From Takakia lepidozioides (taxonomy: Eukaryota > Plantae > Bryophyta), in assembly GCA_030704615.1 (NCBI GenBank), contig CM060732.1, positions 67,518,001 through 67,582,000 of the forward strand: a stretch of 64,000 bases of DNA, given 5' to 3'. The position numbers and the translations under genes were made by a program. Shown in pieces: positions 51,630-64,000 of the stretch. Positions within the stretch are counted from its first letter, which is position 1. Each line of letters starts with the position of its first letter. The notes under the pieces are model-generated. The model saw nothing but the letters and a program-made list of their open reading frames with translations, was not told the origin of the DNA and did no database searches.

Positions 51630-54600
51630 CTAATAAGGTCGGAGTGATACAATATCATACCTATTCGCCGCCCCAAGGCTCCCAGTGTTTGGTTTCGCTG
51701 ACCTTATCTTTGACACTGCCGTTCTGACCTTTTTCTGTCCCATGCTCGCTTTCCCACTCTTCACCTTTTCCTCCTGGACGCCCATAGCCACCCTGGCTTT
51801 CCCCAACACCCGTCTCTCAAGAATTGTGATCCTCTCTGCTTCAGCAGCGGCTACCTTTTCTATCAAAGCCTCCTTCTCTTTTAGTTCACGCTCCATCTCT
51901 CTCACCCTCAACTCCAGCTCTTTGATCCTCTTTTCTGATTTGTCATTTGTCTTGGTCACCTCACCACTGGCTGTTGACAAGGCATGAGAAACTTGTGAGA
52001 TGCTGCCCGCATCCCCTATCGAGGCCACAGACATTGCAGTAATTAGGTTTTTGTCGCCAGTGTCAACTGACTCATCATCAAAGTCATCAATACTTTCATC
52101 ACTGTCACTTCCCTCAGAGGAGTCTTCCTCCACTTGTTCTGTAGCTGCCGTAGATTCTCCAACTGTGGGTGAGGACAGCCTGTTAATCTCTGGATTGTCT
52201 CCTATCTCTGTTGCCAAAGCTGCCACACTCACATGTCTCTGACCTTCTTCCTCACTAGGCCTGGATGGCGACAATCGATCCACCTCAGACACCCCACTTG
52301 TTTCAGTGTCAAGAGCTAAAGAGCCATGTGATGTGTTCTCTGATCCAGAGATCTCACTAAGGTCTGAAGCTTCAAGGCTTTCTACTACTGATCGAGCTGG
52401 CTCTCCCCTTCCATCTCTCTCGAGTTCAAGATCCAAGAGGTCATCATCCTCATCCTCCAAGTCTTGCCATATGTCTTCTTCCAGTGCACGCAGCTCTGTT
52501 TCATCTTCTACGCTAGACAACTCTGACAAATCACTATCAGGAACCGCATCTAGTGTCAAAGTCAACCCCTTTACAGCCTCCATTCCAGATTCTAGGGCCA
52601 AGTCAGCAGACTGGACAGAAGTGGTAACTGGGTCAGCAGGTGGAGTGGATGTGCTCACAGCACCAGACTTATCTCTCACCCTCAGTTTAGGGACTCCTGT
52701 TGCTGTCCCAGCTGGCCTCTGGTTGTTAGACTCTGGCTTCCAGGGACTTTCTGAGACAGCAACCTGACAAGCTAACTTTTTCTCCACTTTTCCAAATGAG
52801 ATTGACTCCCCGTGGAATCTCTTGACAAACCTGCAAACACCATCCAAGAGATTGTCAGACAAATGGTGGATGTGGCGTACAAAATTACACGACAACCATT
52901 TCCGCAGATATGAAGAGAAGTTTTCACAAAAAATTATCGACAGAATAGCCATGCATGCAACATTTTGCCACACTGGCTACGCAAACTGGTACAATAAATC
53001 CATCAGACAGATCGTGACATTAAATTACCGAGCAGCAGCATCGTCAGTGGCAAAGGTCAGAAAAGCAAAGCCCTTGCAGAGAGGTTCTCGAGTCTTCTCA
53101 CTCTCCACTGCTATGATGGGGCGCACATGGAGTAACCCTTGCACAGTTTTGAAAGCTGCCCGCAGGTCCCTGTCAATGTTCCTTTTTCGAGGCAGGTTCC
53201 CCACCCACACCTCCACACCAGCTGGCAAAGGTCCTTTCTCTGCGATAAATGTAATGTCCACGGTAAATTGCACCAGACTGCAATTGTTAAGCCCTGCTTA
53301 GGGTTGATTTCATATTATGAGAGGAGGGGAGAGCTTGTGTCTCTTTAGACACAGATTACACTGCCTTGTGCAAGAGAGAGGGAAACTCTCGCAGGTTGAC
53401 ATTTGAGAGTAAAGTGGAGAAATTGACTTGCATGCTACACTCAGGGCATGTACCATGAATTCTGCAGCACAGTGCCTTGACAGATACCACTAGACTACGG
53501 ATGTTTGAACTATCTTCTTCTAAGCTCTATCGAATCACAAATAATAGAATCTAAGAAAAACCAGTGTTACCTGAAACTTTTGTAGTTTTCCCTGATTTTT
53601 TGCCATCAGCCTTGCCTTTGGCACCTTTCTGTGACTGAGTGAGAGCTGATTGGGCCTTTTGCTGACACTCAATCTCTTGCAATAGTTTGTCCTCTAGTGA
53701 GAGGTCATAGACCTGCCCATGCAAAGCACAATACAAGGACATGGACAGTTAGTTCAACTATAATACTGATGGACTGTAGGCACACCTAATCTTTGAAAAC
53801 AATAACAGAGGGGTACAAACAGTCCCCATACATCACAATTTAATGGCAGGCTGCGTTTTGAAGGTGCAATCAAATACAAGTGTCTCGACCAGCTGACAGG
53901 TGGCAAAAAGTAGAGTTCACACCGACTGTGGCCAGAATGTAACCTTGGTTAGATCTAACTGCACTGGATGAAACCCTGTCAAAACAGCAGTTTATATCTG
54001 AAGATTAGTGACCCAGCACCCGACCCAGCACCCGTACCTTGTCGTGACCAAAGCCTGTAGGCCTGTTCTGAAACCATTCCTGCATGTCGAGGATGCCCTC
54101 ACTATCGGCTTCATCCTCTTCATCCTCCTCGAACTCCCTCACTGAAAAATCATTATTCGTTTTCCGTTTTTGCTTCACTGCCATGGTGCTCACTTGCGGC
54201 CTGGGACCATGTCCTTGACGCCCAATCTGAGTATCAGGGACAACCCCAATTTGAGAGACAATGCAGCCTTCCATTTAAAGAGATACTACAGGGCTTAAGG
54301 TGGTTGCTGTCAACTTTGAGTAAACCCAATAGCTCTTTTCCCTCAATATGAAGTGCATACCTTCAAGAGCCAAAATTTCCCCAAAACTGAATCAAAGCCG
54401 ATTAGAATTTTCACGGCAGTCGATAAACTGAAGTTGGAAATGTGACTGATTGCGGAAAGTACAGAACCCAGTAGGACAGCTATAAAGCTTCAAAGTAAGA
54501 CACCCATCACTCACAGGCGCTAAGACATCTCATTACCACAACTCACAGAAACATGGATATCACAGACGTGTTCATCGGCCAATTCTCAGAAGTATTGTCA

Positions 54601-55128
54601 CATGTACATGCAGCAGCGATGATTCTTAACCAGGACACAGGAAACAACTAAGAATTTCACAATAAGCCCTCTTCCCTTCCAAGCCCATACAAAAACACAA
54701 TTCCCCATTCCCTGCATATCAACAATAAAACTAACAACCAACCAAATTTCGTATACCAGCCATGCCATTCCACTGTAAACAGCCACTGGGTCAGTTCTGA
54801 GGCCAAGGACAAAGAGACCGACCTCACAACGCCCAGCAAAATTGATCTTCTCCCGCTTCAACACCTCGATTCGGAACTCAACATAAAACCCACGAGTGCA
54901 AGGGGCAGCCACAATGGGAGCACACCCAACAGCACGCCTCGACGCTAGGAGGGCAAAGACGGCATCCCGCCACCCCTTCTCCACCCGCTGCGCCTGGCCC
55001 CTCAGACAGTCAACCGACCGCATCCCCAGCCTGCACCTTGCACCTTCCCCACCCGCACAATGCTGCAGGCCCAGTGCAGCAGCACGGGGCGCAACTGCTT
55101 CCAGCCCCACTGCTGGCACGCCCGCCAT
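51630..55128 (-). CDS. single-RRM RNA-binding protein with a long acidic C-terminus, RBD1-like (probably plastid), 5 exons
   Basis: Exons ~55128-54823, 54226-54038 (EWFQNRPTGFGHDK), ~53712-53571 (VYDLSLEDKLLQEIE), ~53240-53028 (VWVGNLPRKRNIDRDL...CKGFAFLTF = RNP2/RNP1) and ~52830-51630. The resemblance to Arabidopsis chloroplast RBD1 is from memory of its motifs and is not verified. Confidence 0.85.
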
Positions 55129-56051
55129 AGCTTGCCCCCTGTCTGCAGCTCGACTATGGCAGACGCTTTCAGCCCAGCAACGGAGTGTACGCATACACAG
55201 CAACTACATGCGGCGGGTACATGACGCTGGTCTTGCAGCCTTGCTGCAAACCCTGTTTCCAATCTTCCACGGCTCCATTTACATGTACAAAGGGGGATAG
55301 AAACTAGAAACCCGGTCATAGAATCCAAGTGAAATTGGGGCCTTGTGATCCATCCAGTAAAGTGTCCACCGACAAAAGAGAGATGATGAACATCACATCA
55401 CCACCTCCATCTTCATTGTACTATCGCTTCAACTGCAGAGCATATGACAAAAAGACAATTGTAGAAGAAATATCGGAGCCTAAGTTCGAATTACAGTCTA
55501 CCCTGTAACACATATAGAATAAGAATCTTTCAAAATCACACTTAGAGAAAGAACACTTAGTACATTGAGAGCTTGAATATGTACCCAAATCGCTGAAAGG
55601 AAAATTTGTCATGCATGGCTACTACATGCCAGGAGATAGTGGCAATTGCATGTAGGGCCCACATGGAAGATTAGATGAATATATGTAGGTGGGTGTGCGA
55701 GCAGCCGTTGTTGTGAGACACCCTGGGGGGCTTATGGAGTGTATGTAACTTTGGTCGGAGTGATATGCATTGGTATAGATTTAAGGGGACAGCCTTGTGC
55801 TTTGTTGGTACATATTACGTGTAATAATTTGAGGAAAGGATTTGAATACTTTAATTTTTTCCGTGCAATAATCTTAATAAAATTTAAAATCAGGGCCCCT
55901 GTTCCTCCAAAAAAGAAAAAAAGAAAAAAACTTTTTGAAATAAGAATATTTTTGGGCTGGACATGGACTTCCCTCGTAAAAGGGTTGAGATGGTGGCTCG
56001 CATACTGGGTGGAGTTCTTGTTTCTTGGTTTTGTGTAGCTATGCAAACAAC

Positions 56052-56221
56052 TAACATGTAGCCCACTGGTAAGGGCATATACCCTCTTACGACTGGTTGT
56101 GGGTTCAAACCACCCTGTCGGTTGTTACAAAGGTGTCCACTTTCCTACCGGAAGGAGTAGTACTTCTGGGTCAAGTGACACCACAAGTTACGCTTGCTTC
56201 GGCAACGCGTCCACCTTTTTT
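56052..56221 (+). ncRNA. tRNA-derived Pol III-like unit or SINE-like element
   Basis: Box A TAGCCCACTGG (56059) with D-stem GCCC/GGGC; box B GGTTCAAACC (56102) with T-stem GTGG/CCAC; then a TTCG hairpin (56191-56209) and T6 (56216-56221). No proper anticodon or acceptor arm. Confidence 0.5.
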
Positions 56222-59200
56222 CTTGTAGCTGTGCATGCGAATGCACTCTAGATATGGAGCTACTAGTGAGGCGATGGTGTGGGTGGTTCCATTTGGTCCA
56301 GTGATTGGTTTGGAGATTTCTATGGGTTTCACAAATGTGGGTATATTTGTAGTATTTTTGTATGAAAATACAGGATGCAGCAGAAGTGATGATGCGATTG
56401 GTTTGTGTGTAGAGCAGGAGACATAATGGTCGAGTGTTTGAAAGATTCAGGATTAGCAGATTAAGGACATATGTGGATCTTGCGGCCGCACTTCTGATAG
56501 TGGGGTTGGCGCACGTAAGGATAGGTGTATTGTGTTAATGGAGTGTTGGTATTCCATAGTATGATGGCAGGTGGATTGATCAGCTAAGTCTTTGTACGTT
56601 CAATTCGAGGCGCAAACAATGGTATATATCGTTGTTTATAGTAGTAGCACAAGCAGAAGGACTTGTAATTTGTGCAACATTGGCAAAGTTGTGAAGTGAT
56701 GCCATCACCAGTTGGCATTCCGCCAACTGAGCGGGATGGTCACGAGTTACTCCAGGACGTATGGCAAATAGCTCCACCACATTTTCCACAGCTGTCTTCG
56801 CCTCTAGAGGTGCATCAAACAGCTCCCCCGCCATTGCAGAGTCATGGAGCTGGTCAGTAATAGAGGAAGACTAACCAAAAACCCTAAACTTGAAAGGCAA
56901 CTGCAAACAAAATGCAAAGACATGCATAATCAAAGAAGGAGTTGTGACCATGAAGATGCAGGCCAAGAAGAAGGTGTGTTACCCGTCGTTTAATCCACCA
57001 TTGACCAAAAGCGTTGCCCATCATTTGGTCTTGTGCAGTGGAGAGTAGCTAAAATTTCCGGGGGTTAAACTACTTCGATGTGCTTTGATCAAATATTTGT
57101 CATAGTAGTTTGATGTGATCTGTGATGGTTGAGTGAATGAGAGATAATTTGGCGAGAGCGCAGATAAAGTATAGCTATGCAGGGTTTGAAGTATTTTGTT
57201 TCAGGTGGGACAAAGTATGCAACGAATACGTAGCGATTTGGGATGGGATGTCAAATCGTATGTTGTAACGTTGTGTGTTGTAGCAATTAATAGGAGAATC
57301 ATGAGTGGAATATCAAAGACATACTTATAGGGCACCGAAAGTTGCGATGTTTGGAATAGACAGCATGTAAATGAAAAGTAAAATGAAAAGATATATGCAT
57401 ACAAAGTACTATATACAGATCTTACTACAGTTTTACACATGATCATGTCGTTTTCGTGTTAAGATAAAGGATATAGCTGACTGCTCCAACAAGTCCTCGT
57501 TGTTGGTGATGACCTGATCGGGAGACAGAGTTGGGATCAATGTACCATTATTCTCATGACAATTTGGTTGGGTGATATGTGGGGTTGTCTGTGTCCCGCA
57601 TTTGAAAATGGTTGGGGGTAAGGTAAATGCACGTGCAGATGATGTGATGTCTGCTGCGAGCTGCAATCTGGATAGAGCAAATGCTAGTAATTTGGACATC
57701 ATGGAGTCAAATTGAGTCTGGTACGAGGACATAGTGTGGGCCACTTCTCCCGGGACCGTGAACACCAGTTTGCTTTAACTTAGAGAGTTCAGGCTTGTTT
57801 TCCGCATGTTTGTCCTAGACACTTGCGAGTATCTCTTGTTGAAACTGGAAGAAATTCGGAGATGGCTAAACTTGGATCACATCGACTATGTTCACCAAGG
57901 CCTTGTTAATATCCGTAATTTGCAACCTTTGCAATGTAGTAGGTGAAACCGTGATTGACTCGTTTAAACTGTGAGGGTGTGGGACAATGTCAACATACCC
58001 TCCCAGAAGTTGTATGTGTGGTTTTTTCTGCCACAAGTTGTAAAATCCGCTAGTTCGGGATTCTTCAGATACAGTGTGGAGGAATCCAAATTAGTTGTTG
58101 CTTTGTTTGGGCTTGCTGACATACAATAGATGTATTTTGTCTCCAGCTTGGTACGCATCATAGATGATCGTGGCCAAAATTTGAGGACGATTGACCAACC
58201 AGTGTATCACCTTGGATGTATAGCGTAAGATAGCCACCGCTACTATCTGTTTCAAAACTCTTCTCCAATTTCCCTTGGATTTTATCTCCGGCGGGCATTT
58301 GAAGCACAAAGACCATATCTCCTTTGAGGAGGGCCATTGCATTATCTCTAGGTTCTGGAGACAAATTTTGATGAGGCCGGATCAGGAAGCAATATCTTGC
58401 TTCATTCCAAAAACTGCTCAAAAACAGACGCAGAGTGGAGAACCTTTTTTCCAAGTGGGGTTCCCATGTGAGCAAATCTATCTTTTGTCATGGTGATAAC
58501 TGCCAAGCATGTAAGTTTAAAGCCTTGAATTAGCCGTTAGTAACCTTCTGAAATACCAATGGTTGGATGAGTTTACGTACCTTTAGGCATTTGTGTGAGA
58601 TGGAGAAATTGTCCCGGCTTGTTATCTGGCCTGTGCGATGGGTAGAGTAATTGTGGTACATGAGAAAACGCTTTGAGGCCTGTAACAATTTCCCAACACT
58701 TTTCTTGTGGTACTCCAGGCTACATCACTTTGATCTATGGAGTGGATATCCTCAACGACGGGTGCATTGAGACTGGTTGCCCAACTTTCCAGGGTCTGGA
58801 AACCCATCCATAAGTAGCAGATAGGAGTTTCCACATACGACTGAGTTGACGGATGTTTGTTTCGTCCATATTTGTTTCTTGGACCGATTGATTGGATTGG
58901 GTGCTATCAACATCGTTGGTGGCTCGTTTGATAAGCTATGATTGTGAAACTTCTGTAAAACATGTCTCGCCAAGCCGAAGTTCTTTCAAATTGTGTCTTA
59001 ATGTGGAGGAGTGTGACGGGGTTGGATTCCGATCCATCTCTAATAACTGCATTGTGTCCAACAAAGTTGCATCAAAGGGGTTGGGGCGTGACAAGATTGC
59101 GGCGGCGCCTGTGAACTGGATCTGTCTACCGCAAGCAGAGGTGGGGACGGATGTAGACATTCTGCAACTTGCGCTAGAGAAAGATGGTGTGCCTAGTATG

Positions 59201-62200
59201 TATTTATGGAGAGTGGGATGAGCATTATTGTTGTTGACGTGGTAGCCATAGTCTACTGCCTGATTAGAGGCAAGGATGTGGGTTAGTGCATTAATGGTTG
59301 TTTTGTAGCTAGGGCTGTGAATGACGGTCATTAGAGCGTGCCCAACAGTGCCAAAGAGAAGGGCGTCAACTTCGAAATGACGTGCGCGATTTTCTCGGCT
59401 GCCTTCCTTCATCCCCAACAGCATCACGAGGCTCTTTTAGCCCCCCTCCCCGCTTAAACTCATCCTCTCTCCCACAGCATCTACGCCTCCTTTGCTAATG
59501 ATCGTTATTGGCTATGGGTTGCAAAGCATAATGGGCGAATTTGATATAATCATTTTGGTGGCTAAGAGAGGGGTTAAGCTTATATATAGAACATTTAGAT
59601 GTGCAGATTAGGGTAGTGGAAAAACGGGGTGGGTCCAGGTTGTCATTGAGTGGGGATGGGCTTAGTACTTGTCTGCATATGTTGTCACCGGAGGTCCAGT
59701 TTGTTGTGTGTCGAATATTGATTTTGTAACATGTGCAAGAGGTGATAAGTGGGTGGGGAAAGTTTGTGGATAGTGGTTGTTTTACGCTTAGTGTGTCAAC
59801 TATCATGTTTTTGTGATAATTTGTTGTGCTTATGTAGGAGGTGAAATTTTGGTGTATGTTCTATATATATGGCAAAATAAATGGTGTGGTATTCGGTGTT
59901 CATAAGAGGTGGATTGGCCAATTCGGTGTACCGAGGTCGATGCAGGTTTCGAAAATTAAAAGGTGGTTGAATGTGATTTAGGGGTTGTTGGTCGGGAGCA
60001 AAATGGAATCAATGCAGTTGAAAAGCCCTGCCGTATGATAGTAATTATGAATAGGTAGTAAAAATCTGGAAGATCACATAATTAGTCTATTAATAGATAT
60101 CAAGGTAATAGGATTTGAGCCCTGAATCACCTAGGTGGCACGCACAGTAATATCCGCTGGACTTTCATTTATGGCATGCACAAGAAGTTGAACGGATGTC
60201 ATTCATTAAAAGACAAAATATTCTCTTGACAACTGTCTCGATCGAATTGGAAGTCTAATCGATAATATCGGTGCTAAAGCAGCTGAAACCTTTGCGTAGT
60301 CCTGCCTTAGGAAGGCAGTGCCAACAAATTCCTTTGCAGATGTAATTTGCCAAAAAATCATAATGACACACACTATCTGCAACATAATAGAAGAATATGC
60401 TGACATATAATTCGTCGCTCCACATAAAATCCTTTGTGGGTACAACATAAAGTTTTCCACCCTCCTGGTTGTGCCCAACAAGGGTCACCCAAGAACAAAA
60501 AGAATAAATTGTATTGACAACCCTTGAGCTTCCCTCCACCAGCTGGGCCTAGTTGCCACTAGCCCCGCCAACCTCTACCGCCAACACCCCAAAGTATGAC
60601 GTCTCCTAAAGGGAACGTAACTTATGGTGTCTCTTCATCACAAGGGCTACTGCCTTCCAGCTACCAACACCCCGTAGCAAGCCTCCCATACCGCCACCTC
60701 CCCTCCTCCTGCTGGACCTTGTTGTCGACCTCTTCATGTCCTCTCGTACCTTATTTCAGATGGAGCCAAATCTCCCACATACAACCCTTGCAACTAATTA
60801 CTCCAGAAAATTTGACATAAATTTGCTCTCCGTATCAGCGTTTTTTTTTTCATTTAAGAACTTGAGCCACGTTGGCTCCTGGCTAGCCTATGAGGAAGAT
60901 CAATTGGCGACTCTGTGGCATGTGATCTTGAACCGGTGGCTACTGTCAAGAATGTTTGATGAGTTTTATGCGAACTCAACTCATGTAGTGTTCAGTTTGT
61001 GGGAGTGACAAGGAAGGTAATTTTTCTAAGTAACAACGACACTGCATATTGCAAAGCCTAGCACAGCTCTGTCACATGGATACAATCCATTGACAAATAT
61101 GACTAATCTTGTCCAAGATCAGCAACTCTGCTCAAAGCCTCATGTGCCACTGCAAGAGGCAGTGCAAGTCTGCTTAAATGGAGGTGCATGACACAGATAC
61201 TAGGCGGGTAAGCGAAACCTAAAAGAGAGTTCCCTCCATAGCTTGACCTATTGGCAAAAGCGGGAAGACTTTGAACCCAAGGCTTTGCTCCTTGCGCTTG
61301 CAGGTGGTAGGTTTCTAGAAATCGATAGGCAAGATCATCTGGATCTAACGAACCCAAATGGCATGTGGCTCTTTCCTTGTGCGACAGTTGTATAGGCGAC
61401 GTCCTCATTGCAGCGACATGATGGCATTAGGGAGGGTAGTCATGCGAAACAGTGCCATATTTTAACCCATAATTCCTTTGTAAATTTCGTGAGGCCAATT
61501 TATGGATCGAAAAGTGGCGAAATTTCGTGCAAAAAAAAAACGCTGCTCGGTATATACATGTGATCATCCATCATGGACTTCCAGCATCAACACCCAAGCT
61601 TGGGTAGAACTAGGAACCAACTCACTCTGGAAAATTGTCCCCCGCAAAGTTTCCCACTCCCATGTTAAGCTACAAAAACAGCGGCATGCCCAACTACCCA
61701 AACAATATATTCCATGCATTCATTTTTATATTCCATTACTACGCCATATGAATCTACACCGATTTTATAAAGGATTTAAGGTGAATATGTAGCTTTAGCC
61801 TACAAATAAATATAGAGAAGGTCAGAACACTTATTAAGAGCTTGAAAACTAGAATGTAACAATTATGGGAAAAAAAATGATTTTATGTACCACATAGGCT
61901 CCTCAACAACAAAGTAGGAATCCAATGTTGATTGTTGATAGTCTTGAACATGCGATGTCCTTATCCAAGATACTTTTTTATCACCTTGGTGACATCTTCA
62001 TCCTGTTGCTCCAAAACAAACAATTGAATAAAGCAGAACCACAACCTCTATTTTTGCATTTTTCTTCCTCTTGATACCTATTTCTATGCTCACATGTAAG
62101 CATCCGTTTCAGTAGCTGACTGTTTTACTGGTCCCATGTTAGTGACAAAAGAATCTGAATGATCCCTATGTTAAGTAAAAGAGCAGTGGACCACTTTAGT

Positions 62201-63049
62201 TTGTCACAGTCTTGTTGTACATCTACATATACATATATGCATTTGAAAAAATGATGAAGGGTCATTTAGTTAAAGGCGGGAATAAGACAATACTGTAACA
62301 GCTAAAAACTTCTTTGTGAAATCTTCAGGAGTAAAAACAGAGATAACAAACAAAGAGGGTTGACAGATGTGGAGGGAACATTTAAGGAGGGTGGACTGCA
62401 TAGCAAGAAGCACTCTCTAATCATGAAGAAAACAGGGATGATGAACATGATCCATGCGTCCAAGCATTCCAGTAACCAGAAAAAGCTTTATATAAATTTG
62501 CGCATCAAATTGGCAGCAGTGTAGTTCCGATCCAAAACACGGTCATACATCCTCTTAATTGGAGCAACCTTCTATAAGCGGACACTTGATGTCTTAAATG
62601 AATGCGTTGCCGAGTCACTAGTCCCGTCTCTCAACTAGAATGAAAATCGGGACCCTCCATCTATAATACATCAATAGTTTTCTCTATAGAGATGTTCAAA
62701 GTGCTGATTTCTTCGTATGAACATCGAACTTCCACAAATGGGCGTTGGCGTCATTGGGATGGATCGCTGCCTTGCCATTTCAAAGCTTTCCGCATCCCAC
62801 CCGATAACCGCTATATTACTCCAGCTTTCTAATCGATTGCACATTTTCTCAGAGATGCTTCTGTCCAAGGATGTTATGAGCTGTGTCCAGCACTGGTGAC
62901 TAGCCGTTGTGGATCACTGGGATCAACCGCCACACAGGTAATTTTATACACGAAAAGTGGCCATCAACGCACCTGCAATTTCTTATGCATAGCGGAGTTG
63001 GAAGGACCAGCATTAGCTAATCGTGACGGTGATGGAAATTCGGATTGGC

Positions 63050-63290
63050 TCAAGCAACTCTACTTCGTAGCATATGGGGCGCAGTGGTGAACGCACGTGA
63101 AGGGGCCTTGGAGGCTTTGCTGAGAAGAGAATGACATCCTCGCATGTGCACCTTTAATGAATCTGGCTTGAATGTTCTACCACATTGCCTGCACCACAGT
63201 GTACATTGGGCCACTTTAAAAAAGTGCTGAAGTGTCAAATTATACACATAGCCTCGCCAGTTCTACTCCAGACAGCCCTGGAATGGCTGC
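63050..63290 (-). pseudogene. C2HC zinc-finger (ZNF474-like) gene remnant or last exon, apparently frameshifted
   Basis: YNLTLQHFFK...CRQCGRTFKPDSLKVHMRGC fits the CxxCGRxFxxDxLxVHxxxC finger. After the acceptor at ~63283 none of the frames tested reads into the finger without a stop or frameshift. Confidence 0.5.
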
Positions 63291-64000
63291 AAGAAGCAGT
63301 TTATTAAAGACCAACTGAGACCAACAGCACACATGAGGATCATACATCTGTTTTCCAATAACCCAGTGTGATGTTGTCATCAAGGAAGTCCTTCTGTAGT
63401 AGCATCACATAACCAGACTCAGGGAATAGTTTCTTGGCAATGCATTTTGATGATTTGCTTGAATTCAGTACACTTATAGGAAATAGAGTGCACAAGAGAA
63501 GCTGAAATGGAGATAAAGGGCATCATGTGAGTACAAATACTTACGAGCACTCTTGTAAGATTTGTTTGAATCCGGGAGGTGGTAAGCTGTTGTTTACAGC
63601 CTCTTGAAGAGTCTTCTCCCAGTCTAGATTTGTTAATCCAGGTGTCAATAGCCTGCAGGACATAATAAACATTTATCAGACTTTTGGTATGTGGTGCAAG
63701 GAAACAAAATTTAGCACCTTGGTGATGCAAAGATTGGTACGTGGACGGAAGCATGACCATCAACCATAGCCATGTTAGAGGGAGTTTTTGAGCCCAGCAA
63801 CTATGATCGAAACGACCTTATCATCAACGTACTGAGTTGCAAGCTATTTTCCATCAGTCTGGGGGGGTAAGCAAAACCAGTGGCCTCTTCCTTGTAAATC
63901 ATGGCAAATGACAGAGATATGTGGTTTCCACCAGTTAACAAACACATTACTCCAACCTCCTTATTCATGGTGCACTTAGCCAACAATCATGCACAAAATT

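Noticed and set aside
6070-55128. All five intact genes on the minus strand as a functional cluster
   Set aside because: Their functions are unrelated, and five co-oriented genes occur often by chance.

Overview
Eukaryotic land-plant nuclear DNA, most likely a moss (inferred from the EMS1-type receptor, the PLS-DYW PPR style and the intron-rich genes). Five apparently intact genes lie on the minus strand: a YeeZ-like NAD-dependent epimerase (6.1-10.2 kb), an EMS1-type LRR receptor kinase (26.7-31.3 kb), a CAN-type staphylococcal-like nuclease (41.1-45.2 kb), a PLS-DYW PPR editing factor (46.4-48.9 kb) and an RBD1-like RRM protein (51.6-55.1 kb). A frameshifted TAA1/TAR tryptophan aminotransferase pseudogene (+ strand, 2.1-4.1 kb) sits next to a GC-rich tandem array of ~283-bp palindrome-rich units that ends in a possible CACTA-type terminus. 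The most unusual region is 14.4-19.5 kb. There a Ty3/Gypsy element with a PHD finger at the end of its integrase has been split inside the integrase catalytic core by a ~2.6-kb inversion bounded by a 6-bp inverted microhomology. Other features are tRNA-derived SINE-like units, a dispersed TTCG-hairpin/T-run motif, MITE-like fold-backs, an unassigned island of decayed ORFs (56-60.5 kb) and a ZNF474-like remnant at the right end. All assignments come from motif recognition by eye; no database searches were run, and exon coordinates are approximate.
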